From contig JBDRBF010000043.1 of NCBI GenBank assembly GCA_043822925.1, forward strand, positions 1-12,604: a stretch of 12,604 nt of DNA. Direction: 5' to 3'. Below the pieces are notes generated by a model. The model was not told the DNA's origin, searched no databases, and was given only the letters and a program-made list of their open reading frames with translations. This stretch comes from a bacterium. GTDB taxonomy: Bacteria > Babelota > Babeliae > Babelales > RVW-14. How positions within the stretch are numbered: position 1 is the stretch's first letter; each line of letters begins with the position of its first letter. The position numbers were made by a program, and so were the translations under genes. Shown piece by piece: positions 1-6,779 of this stretch.

Positions 1-459
1 ATTATATTGGGCTTCAGGGTTTTCTTGTTTTGCTGAGCGTTCAAACCATTTAAAAGATTTTTCAAAATCTATACGCGTGCCTAGGCCAAATTGGTAGCAG
101 AGGCCAAGTTGGTTTTGTGCCAGATCGTTATCTTGTGCTGCAGAGGTGTGAAACCATTTGAAAGCTTCGTTAAGATCTTGGCGTGTTCCTGCTGCGTATT
201 TATAACATATTGCAAGATTATATTGTGCTTGAATATCTCCCTGTTCAGCTAATTCTTTGTAGGCTTTAAATGTTTTTTTTGTATTGTGTTGTATTGCTGG
301 GCGGGGGTAAAATTTATATGAATTATCTTCTAGTTGAGGGTATTTTTGAGCAGTTTCTTGGTTAGGTATGGTGAGTTGGTTTTCAGGTGTTGCATGCAAG
401 ACTAAAGTAGACAGTGCTAATATAATTAGAACTTTTGATATATTTTGGATATGACACAT
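1..459 (-). CDS. Secreted Sel1-like repeat (SLR) protein, 3'-truncated by the window edge; not in the supplied ORF track
   Basis: Hand translation from ATG 459 is open to base 1: MCHIQNISKVLIILALSTLVLHATPENQ...AEQGDIQAQYNLAICYKYAAGTRQDLNEAFKWFHTSAAQDNDLAQNQLGLCYQFGLGTRIDFEKSFKWFERSAKQENPEAQYN. It has a signal-peptide-like N-terminus and 36-aa SLR units. An AGGGA SD overlaps the upstream gene's stop codon. Confidence 0.92.
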   Translation of the reverse strand, partial: MCHIQNISKVLIILALSTLVLHATPENQLTIPNQETAQKYPQLEDNSYKFYPRPAIQHNTKKTFKAYKELAEQGDIQAQYNLAICYKYAAGTRQDLNEAFKWFHTSAAQDNDLAQNQLGLCYQFGLGTRIDFEKSFKWFERSAKQENPEAQYN

Positions 460-469
460 ATTTGTATCC

Positions 470-2011
470 CTATCTTTTTTTTATTCGCAAGCTTGCTGCT
501 TTTTTATACCAGTCAAAAGCTTGATCGATATTCTTTTCTGTTCCATAGCCTTCTTCATAGCAAGTTCCAAGGAAAAATTGAGCATCGGAATTGTCTTGTT
601 TAGCTGATTTTTCAAAGTTTTTAAATGCTTTGTTTAGATCTTTTTCTGTTCCAATTCCATTGAGATAGGAGTAGCCAACTATTAATTGAGCCTCTGAGTG
701 CTCTTGATCAGCCGCTTTAGAGAGCCATTCAAATGATTTTTTAATATTTTTTTCTGTGCCAATTCCATTTTGATAACAGATGCCAAGATTATATTGTGCA
801 GCATAAAGATTTTGTTCAGCAGCTTTTGAGTATAATTGGAAAGCTTTATTTAAATCCTGCGGAGTTCCTTTGCCTGACTGGTAGAAAATACCAAGATTAT
901 ATTGCGCAGCCGCAAATTCTTGGTCAGCAGCTTTTGAATATGATTGGAAAGCTTTTTCAAGGTCTTTTTTTGTTCCCAAGCCGTATTCATAGCAAACGCC
1001 AAGATTAAATTGAGCAAGTGCAAGATTTTGTTCGGCTGCTTGTGCGTACAGCTGGATCGCTTGTCTTAAGTCTTGTGCTATGCCATGGCCAAATTGATAG
1101 CACTGGCCCAGGCTGTTTTGTGCATGAGGATCACTTTTTTGGGCAGCTTGAGTATAGTAGTCGAATGCTTTTTCAATATTTTTTTCTGTTCCTAAGCCAA
1201 GTTCATAACAAGCGCCAAGATTAAATTGAGCGATACTTAGTTCTAGCAGTGCAGTTTTTGAGTATAATTCGAATGCTTTTTTTAAATCTTGTTTAGTTCC
1301 TTTACCGAGTTGATAGCACGCGCCAAGATTGTAGAGAGCTGGTGCATATTCTTGTTGCGCACTTTGTGAGTACCAATAGAAAGCTTTTTGATAATCTATT
1401 TCTGTGCCTTTGCCTAGTTCATAGCATGTGCCAATATTAAATTGTGCTTCAGCGTTTGCTTGTTTTGCCGATTTCGTATACCAATAGAATGCTTTTTGAA
1501 TGTCTACTTCTGTTCCATTGCCATCTTGGTAGCATGTGCCAAGAAAAAATTGGGCAGGAGCGTAGCCCTGTTTTGCTGCTTGTGCGTAATATTCAAATGC
1601 TTTTTTTGTATCTTTTTTTGTCCCTAAGCCAAATTCATAGCATGTGCCAAGACTGAATTGTGCAGCGCCAAGTTCTTGCGTATGTGTTTTTGAGTATAAT
1701 TCGAATGTTTTTTTTACATCTTGTTTTGTTTGGTTGTTTGATTGGTAGCATTTTCCAAGATTATATTGAACGGGCATGTTTGCTTGCTCTGTTGCTTTTT
1801 TTAACCACTGAAAAGCTTTTTCAAAATTTATTTCTGTTCCCGTCCCGGTTATATACGAAATGCCAATATTATATTGTGCATCAGTATCCCCTTGGGTGGC
1901 TATTTTTAGTTGTTCTTCAAATGTATCTGGTGTTATTTGTATTTCAGGTTCTGCATGTAATATTGAGGTAAAGAGTAAAACTGCGACAAGAAGTTTCGAT
2001 CTGTAAGTCAT
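470..2011 (-). CDS. Secreted Sel1-like repeat protein with 13 tandem 36-aa SLR units
   Basis: Repeats of the AQ(F/Y)NLGxCYxxGxGTxxDxxKAFxxYxKAAxQ type; hydrophobic N-terminus ending LHA-EPE; AAGGAG SD upstream of ATG 2011. Confidence 0.95.
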   Translation of the reverse strand: MTYRSKLLVAVLLFTSILHAEPEIQITPDTFEEQLKIATQGDTDAQYNIGISYITGTGTEINFEKAFQWLKKATEQANMPVQYNLGKCYQSNNQTKQDVKKTFELYSKTHTQELGAAQFSLGTCYEFGLGTKKDTKKAFEYYAQAAKQGYAPAQFFLGTCYQDGNGTEVDIQKAFYWYTKSAKQANAEAQFNIGTCYELGKGTEIDYQKAFYWYSQSAQQEYAPALYNLGACYQLGKGTKQDLKKAFELYSKTALLELSIAQFNLGACYELGLGTEKNIEKAFDYYTQAAQKSDPHAQNSLGQCYQFGHGIAQDLRQAIQLYAQAAEQNLALAQFNLGVCYEYGLGTKKDLEKAFQSYSKAADQEFAAAQYNLGIFYQSGKGTPQDLNKAFQLYSKAAEQNLYAAQYNLGICYQNGIGTEKNIKKSFEWLSKAADQEHSEAQLIVGYSYLNGIGTEKDLNKAFKNFEKSAKQDNSDAQFFLGTCYEEGYGTEKNIDQAFDWYKKAASLRIKKR

Positions 2012-2182
2012 ATTAGTCTCCTTTTTTGGTTTTAGTACAAATGAGATCGTTCTTCTAAGAAAAGTATCAGATTTTTTTTAAACTAAATATTAGATTTTTT
2101 ATTTAGAAATTAGTTTTTAGATGTTTTGCATGAGCTTTTGAATTTTTAGATTTTAAGTTTGGGATGTTAAAGCAAAAGTTTT

Positions 2183-2214
2183 TTGGGTTAAAGAGTGTTA
2201 TCTCTTTAACCCAA
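2183..2214. terminator. Perfect 13-bp inverted repeat downstream of permease 1 (probable terminator or 3' stem-loop)
   Basis: TTGGGTTAAAGAG (2183-2195) / CTCTTTAACCCAA (2202-2214), 16 nt after the stop. No U-tract immediately follows on the - strand. Confidence 0.6.
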
Positions 2215-2230
2215 TTATTTGTGAGATATT

Positions 2231-3538
2231 TTAGTTAGTAATAGTTTGGTATTTCTTTTTTGACCAACGGTACATTGCGTATCCGATCGGGATGCCGATA
2301 AGAATAGGGGTTGAATAGATCAAGCGTTCCCAATTATTGTTACCCAAGTTTTGGGTCCAGGTTAAAAAAAGCAAGATTCCCATCGAAAAAAAACTTATGG
2401 CTGCCATGACCAGAACCCCGTAAATTTTTTTGCGCCAGCTTTGTACAAAAACGGCAACAAGCGTGAGCAAGAATGCGATGCAGACGCCTAAGTTTGTAAT
2501 AGCAGTGAGTGTTTTTGTGCTTGGAATTAAGATAATAAGCACAATAATAAAGAGTGCGTGTATAAAAGCTGCGTTGGCGGGCATGCCGTTTGTATTAAGT
2601 TTTGATAAAAATGGAGACTGAAACACTAGTTTGCTTTTAGCCAGCACGTTAATGTTTGTGATATTATTAAGCGCTGCTCCGTATGTAGTATTGGTAAAGC
2701 TGAGCATCATATCGACCAGTAATATGAGTGCAATAATACTTGCAGCTTGTGCCGCAAAACCCATGAATTGTGGGAATGCTTGTACGCCTTGGCTTGCAAG
2801 TGCATCAGGGCCCATGATGTGCAGCATGCCCAGGTGAAACACGGTATATAAAATAACAGACGTTGAAAACGCAATTAAAATTACGTTAAATGCCCGCGTC
2901 GATCCACCACGGATATAGTGGCTGATATTGCAGCAACTTTCAAAACCTAAGAAAGAAAAGAGTGCCATGGGAAGCGTGCCGCTCAAGTCGCCAATTTTGG
3001 TTATTTGATAATCAAAATTGGGGTTCCAGTAAAAATAAATAACGCCAAGCATAAGCACCAGTGGGAGTAATTTTAATAGTGTGATGGCGCTTTGAATTCT
3101 GCTTATGAGTTGAATATTTATGATATTCAAAAGAGATATAAGTAAGAGAAAGACGATATAAAATATGATTGGGTAGTTCTGGACCCAGGTCAGGCCGATC
3201 GGGTCGATTAGTCGATCACGAATAACACTGGTAATAGTTGCAACTGTTCCCATGTAGCCAAGCAGGTAGGCCCAGTTTGCAATAAACCCCATATTTTCGC
3301 CTAGCGCAGTTTTACTGTAATTATAAAAACCGCCTTCGCCTGGGAAAATCCTGGCAGCTTGAGCGATGGTTAAAACAATGGGAAGTAAAAGTAGTCCGGC
3401 AAATATCCAGCTCAAAAAGCTTATGCCACCGGCTTGTTTGGTCATAAATTGTGGATAAATATAGATGCCGCTGCCGACAATAATATTTATGTTCATGAGT
3501 ATTGCGGCTAAGAACGATATCTTCTTTGGTTCTGGCAT
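2231..3538 (-). CDS. APC-superfamily amino-acid permease (paralog 1)
   Basis: About 12 hydrophobic segments, TM1 motif NIIVGSGIY, loop PGEGGFYNY, TM6 motif FSFLGFES, and LNxNGMP. Start moved from TTG 3574 (inside the terminator U-tract) to ATG 3538, which has an AAGGA SD and aligns with the paralog's MPxxKKISF. Confidence 0.92.
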   Translation of the reverse strand: MPEPKKISFLAAILMNINIIVGSGIYIYPQFMTKQAGGISFLSWIFAGLLLLPIVLTIAQAARIFPGEGGFYNYSKTALGENMGFIANWAYLLGYMGTVATITSVIRDRLIDPIGLTWVQNYPIIFYIVFLLLISLLNIINIQLISRIQSAITLLKLLPLVLMLGVIYFYWNPNFDYQITKIGDLSGTLPMALFSFLGFESCCNISHYIRGGSTRAFNVILIAFSTSVILYTVFHLGMLHIMGPDALASQGVQAFPQFMGFAAQAASIIALILLVDMMLSFTNTTYGAALNNITNINVLAKSKLVFQSPFLSKLNTNGMPANAAFIHALFIIVLIILIPSTKTLTAITNLGVCIAFLLTLVAVFVQSWRKKIYGVLVMAAISFFSMGILLFLTWTQNLGNNNWERLIYSTPILIGIPIGYAMYRWSKKKYQTITN

Positions 3539-3567
3539 AGGTCTGTCCTTTGCTGTAATAGTGCTAT

Positions 3568-3604
3568 AAAACAAAAAACCCCGGCTGGTTTTAGCCGGGG
3601 TTTT
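3568..3604 (-). terminator. Intrinsic terminator (attenuator) in the 5' leader of permease 1
   Basis: The - strand reads AAAACCCCGGCT-AAAACC-AGCCGGGG-TTTTTTGTTTT: an 8-bp GC-rich stem plus U-tract, ending about 30 nt upstream of the permease ATG. Confidence 0.88.
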
Positions 3605-3654
3605 ATACTATTTGCTTGGTTAATTAAGTGTTCTTATAGTATATATCCCCGGCT
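3593..3654 (-). promoter_or_regulatory. Antiterminator helix, mutually exclusive with the 3568-3604 terminator
   Basis: On the - strand, AGCCGGGG (3654-3647) pairs with the terminator 5' arm CCCCGGCT (3600-3593). TATACTAT (3643-3636) pairs with ATAGTATA (3611-3604). The two 8-bp helices are separated by a 3x3 internal loop. Confidence 0.8.
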
Positions 3655-3807
3655 TTGATTATATGAGCATGTAAACGCGTATGTAAATGTAGCGGGCATA
3701 GAAATAGACGAATTTGATAAATGGGTAAATATACTGGTATTTTTACCAGTATATACAGAAGAAGTCGTAAGATTTTGAGCGAGATTTAATATGTTTTTGC
3801 TTTGCAT
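3634..3807 (-). CDS. Putative attenuator leader peptide, 57 aa (alternative start ATG 3699 gives 21 aa)
   Basis: MQSKNILNLAQNLTTSSVYTGKNTSIFTHLSNSSISMPATFTYAFTCSYNQSRGYIL*, with 10 Ser and 8 Thr. Its final codons encode the antiterminator 5' arm. The SD is weak. Confidence 0.6.
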   Translation of the reverse strand: MQSKNILNLAQNLTTSSVYTGKNTSIFTHLSNSSISMPATFTYAFTCSYNQSRGYIL

Positions 3808-3863
3808 AATACTTTGCTTCTTTGTATACCCACTAGACTATAAGATTAAAATTTATGTAGTAA

Positions 3864-3892
3864 GAATTACCATAAGATTGTGAATGTGTCAA
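3864..3892 (-). promoter_or_regulatory. Putative sigma70 promoter for leader + permease 1
   Basis: TTGACA-N17-TAATTC with a TG extended -10 element. It aligns with the 5423-5451 promoter of the paralog. Confidence 0.55.
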
Positions 3893-3931
3893 TATTTAGG
3901 GCTTGAAGCTGGATTTTTCAAGCCCTAAATA
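3893..3931. terminator. Perfect 15-bp inverted repeat downstream of permease 2
   Basis: TATTTAGGGCTTGAA (3893-3907) / TTCAAGCCCTAAATA (3917-3931), 3 nt after the stop and abutting the next -35 box. Confidence 0.65.
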
Positions 3932-3934
3932 AAA

Positions 3935-5239
3935 TTATTTTATCGGTTGATATTTCTTTTTAGCCCAGCGAAACATCAAGTAGCCAATGGGAATTCCAAT
4001 GAGAATAGGGGTTGCATGGAGAAAGCGTTCCAAATTATTATCACCTAAAGTAGTTGTCCATGTTAAAAAGAGCAGAGCCCCCATAGAGATAAAGCTTATG
4101 CCTGCCATCAAAAATGAGCCATAAATTTTTTTACGCCAACTTTGTACAAGTACTGCAACTATGGTCAGTAAAAATGCCAGACATATGCCTAAGTTTGTAA
4201 TGGCTGTAAGTATTTTTGTGCTTGGGATAAAAACAACGAGTGCAATAATTAATATTCCGTGAATAAGCGCTGCGTTAGTTGGAATGCCGCGTGCGTTTTG
4301 TTTTGCTAAAAATCGAGAAAGAAAAACGAGTTTGCTTTTTGCTAAAATATTGATGCTCGTAATATTATTGAGTGCTGCTCCATATGATGTGTTGATGAAA
4401 CTGAGCATCATGTCAGCAAGAAGTATGAGCGCGATAATGCTTGCTGCGCTTGCAGCAAAACCCATAAATCGAGGAGATGCTTGGATGCCATAAATTGCGA
4501 GGGGTTGGCTGCCCATAATATGTAGCATGCCAAGATGAAATACTGTATAGAGTAATGCTGAAGTTGAAAAAGCAATTAATATTACTCGCGATGCTTTTGT
4601 TGATCCGCCTTCTATGTAATGGCTAATGTTGCAGGCGCTTCCAAAGCCTAAGAAAGAAAAGAGCGCGAGTGGTAGCGTGCTCCCTAGGTCACATATTCTG
4701 TTCGTTTCATAATTAAATGAAGGATTCCAGTAAAAATAGATGACGCCAAACATTAAGAGCAATGGCATTAGTTTCAAGAGGGTTATTCCGCTTTGAATTC
4801 TGCTAACCAGCCGAATATTTATGAGATTTAAAAGGGAAATAATTAAAATAAAAAGAATATAAAAGAGAATCGGGGATGTTCGAACGAATGTGCAGCCAAT
4901 GGGGTCAATTAATCGGTCACGTACAACACTCGTGATTGTTGCAACGATTCCCATGTATCCAAGTAAGTATGCCCAGTTTGCGATAAAACCTGCGTCTTCA
5001 CCGAGCGCTGTTTTACTGTAATTATAAAAACCTCCTTCACCAGGAAAAATTCTGGCAGCTTGAGCAATAGTTAGAACAATGGGCAGTAGGAGTAATGCTG
5101 CGATTACCCAACTGAGAAAACTTAGTCCTCCGGCTTGTTTGGCCATGAATTGAGGATAAATATAAATCCCACTTCCAACGATGGTATTTATATTCATGAG
5201 TACAGCAGCCATGAAAGAGATTTTTTTCGAATTTGGCAT
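3935..5239 (-). CDS. APC-superfamily amino-acid permease (paralog 2)
   Basis: Colinear with paralog 1 along its full length (NTIVGSGIYIYPQFM, AQAARIFPGEGGFYNYSKTALGE, TNLG). Start ATG 5239 has an AAGGG SD; the track's TTG 5272 lies in a terminator-like hairpin. Confidence 0.92.
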   Translation of the reverse strand: MPNSKKISFMAAVLMNINTIVGSGIYIYPQFMAKQAGGLSFLSWVIAALLLLPIVLTIAQAARIFPGEGGFYNYSKTALGEDAGFIANWAYLLGYMGIVATITSVVRDRLIDPIGCTFVRTSPILFYILFILIISLLNLINIRLVSRIQSGITLLKLMPLLLMFGVIYFYWNPSFNYETNRICDLGSTLPLALFSFLGFGSACNISHYIEGGSTKASRVILIAFSTSALLYTVFHLGMLHIMGSQPLAIYGIQASPRFMGFAASAASIIALILLADMMLSFINTSYGAALNNITSINILAKSKLVFLSRFLAKQNARGIPTNAALIHGILIIALVVFIPSTKILTAITNLGICLAFLLTIVAVLVQSWRKKIYGSFLMAGISFISMGALLFLTWTTTLGDNNLERFLHATPILIGIPIGYLMFRWAKKKYQPIK

Positions 5240-5265
5240 AGTCGCCCTTTCAGTAATAGTTGTGC

Positions 5266-5298
5266 AAAACAATAAACAATCGACTTTGACTGTTTATT
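5266..5298 (-). terminator. Terminator-like hairpin in the 5' leader of permease 2
   Basis: The - strand reads AATAAACAGTC-AAAGTC-GATTGTTTATT-GTTTT (11 bp including one G-U pair). It sits at about the same distance from the ATG as the paralog's attenuator. AU-rich and weak. Confidence 0.45.
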
Positions 5299-5422
5299 TA
5301 TGTTATTCGCTTCGTTAAATACGTTTTCATAATTGACAACACAAGTCTGTGGTTAACTTGCGTTTATTAGGTAATAGATATGACGGATATATTTCTCTGA
5401 GATTGTTCACAATCATGAATGA

Positions 5423-5451
5423 AAACTAACATAAGATTATAATTGAGTCAA
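5423..5451 (-). promoter_or_regulatory. Putative sigma70 promoter for permease 2
   Basis: TTGACT-N17-TAGTTT with TG extension; the spacer shares AATCTTATG with the 3864-3892 promoter. Confidence 0.6.
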
Positions 5452-5534
5452 ATTGATAGTCAAAAGCTAGGTTTAATGGAGTTTTTGGTGCAATTGTTTT
5501 GTTGATCTATAGAAAAGACAGGCGTCAAACTTGT

Positions 5535-5562
5535 TCAGCATGGGGTTTTAACCCCATGCTGA
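5535..5562. terminator. Perfect 12-bp inverted repeat downstream of the VOC gene
   Basis: TCAGCATGGGGT (5535-5546) / ACCCCATGCTGA (5551-5562); no immediate U-tract. Confidence 0.6.
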
Positions 5563-5591
5563 CGTGTGAGTGTTATTTTCAAAATTAATTT

Positions 5592-5969
5592 CTATCGCCC
5601 ACGCGTTTCTTCAACTAATTGGAACATGTTCCCGTCTGTGTCTGTGAATACGATCATGCGTGGTACGCCAGGTACGTCAGAGATTTCGTCTCCAAATAGT
5701 ACCCCATTTTCTGTAAGTTCAATTTTTGTTTGGTCATAATTATCTGTCGTAAAAGTAACGATCGCGTTTATGCCTGCTGGCATTCCTGCTTCTGGATCTG
5801 CGGTGCATACGCCAAGAATGGGGCCGCCATCAGGTCCACGTAATTCGAGCCAGCCGTGCTCTTCTTTGTCATCAGTAATTTTTAGTCCCAATGTGTTTGT
5901 AAAAAAATCTTTTGATTTATTCATGTCTGAGGTGCCAACCCAAGCTAGGCCTATGCGTTTAATTGCCAT
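5592..5969 (-). CDS. VOC family (glyoxalase/bleomycin-resistance) protein
   Basis: 125 aa with SDMNKSKDFFTNTLGL at the N-terminus and FTDTDGNMFQLVE at the C-terminus, both typical VOC motifs; AGGAG SD. Confidence 0.9.
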   Translation of the reverse strand: MAIKRIGLAWVGTSDMNKSKDFFTNTLGLKITDDKEEHGWLELRGPDGGPILGVCTADPEAGMPAGINAIVTFTTDNYDQTKIELTENGVLFGDEISDVPGVPRMIVFTDTDGNMFQLVEETRGR

Positions 5970-6061
5970 AACTTGTTCTCCTAATTTTATAGTTTTATTA
6001 ATGTGAAGATGTATGAACGATGATACTTTTACGATATAAGATTTTTTAAAAAAATATATTT

Positions 6062-6640
6062 TTACTTACTTTTAAACGAGCCCTCAAATATTATTTCTTG
6101 TAAAAGTTTTCGGTCAGATGGTTCTTCTTTATCTTGTAGTTCTGCTGGTAGATCTCTTACTTTTCCTGGTTTGCCTACTGCGCACATTGCTTCGACTTGA
6201 AAATCTTCAGGAATATCTAATTCTTTTTGAGCTCGTTCGTAATCAAAGCCTTCCATGCCGTGTACAACCAGGCCATTAATTGAGCCTTCAAGTGCCATGC
6301 TCATCCAGGCTGCACCTGTATCAAAAGAATGTGTGCGTGATGATTTATTGTTAAATTCAAATGTTTTTTTTGAGATTATAACGATGAGCGCTCCTGCGTT
6401 TTTTGCCCAGCTCTGGTTAAACGGAACGAGAAGATTAAAGAATTTTTCCCAGTGTTTTGTTTCTCTGTGTGCGTAAATAAATCGCCATTGTTGGGTGTTA
6501 TACGAAGAAGGTGCCCAGCGTGCTGCTTCAAAAAGTTGCATGAGTTCTTTTTTGCTGACTGGTTGCCCGGACATGGCACGTGGTGACCAGCGTTTAATAA
6601 AAATGTTGTCGATTGGATAGGTGACTTTGCGTTTTGACAT
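6062..6640 (-). CDS. Nitroreductase family flavoprotein
   Basis: Motifs RWSPRA, EAARWAPSSYNTQQWRF, FDTGAAW, HGMEGFD. Confidence 0.95.
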   Translation of the reverse strand: MSKRKVTYPIDNIFIKRWSPRAMSGQPVSKKELMQLFEAARWAPSSYNTQQWRFIYAHRETKHWEKFFNLLVPFNQSWAKNAGALIVIISKKTFEFNNKSSRTHSFDTGAAWMSMALEGSINGLVVHGMEGFDYERAQKELDIPEDFQVEAMCAVGKPGKVRDLPAELQDKEEPSDRKLLQEIIFEGSFKSK

Positions 6641-6764
6641 AAAAAACCCTTTATTTATATGTTTATATATATTTTTTTTACTCGAGTTTCAGTGTAATTT
6701 GCAAGAGTATTGTTTATTGAAAAATCTAGCATACTGTTTTGTGCGTTATTTTTATAGTTATGTG

Positions 6765-6773
6765 TGCTAGAAT
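6765..6773 (+). promoter_or_regulatory. Extended -10 promoter of rarA
   Basis: TGcTAGAAT ends 6 nt before ATG 6780; no SD is present. Confidence 0.5.
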
Positions 6774-6779
6774 GGCTGT

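Noticed and set aside
796-1971. Short + strand ORFs with mutually similar sequences
   Set aside because: They are antisense shadows of the Sel1 repeats; their similarity comes from the 108-nt unit.
470-2011. Possible CRISPR array or DGR-like repeats
   Set aside because: The units are degenerate, in-frame 108-nt coding repeats with no repeat-spacer structure, and no cas or reverse transcriptase gene is in the window.
2090-2150. Repeated TTAGA motifs upstream of the Sel1 gene
   Set aside because: Short, irregularly spaced and in very AT-rich DNA; not distinguishable from chance.
3539-3574. N-terminal extensions MFYSTITAKDRP and (5240-5272) MFCTTITERAT from TTG starts
   Set aside because: Both TTGs lie in terminator tails and the downstream ATGs have SDs. 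The similarity is better explained by conserved 5' UTR.
3568-3860. T-box riboswitch explanation for the permease leader
   Set aside because: No GGTGGnACC T-box consensus precedes the terminator, and the antiterminator is a plain long helix overlapping an ORF. An Rfam search is still needed to exclude it formally.
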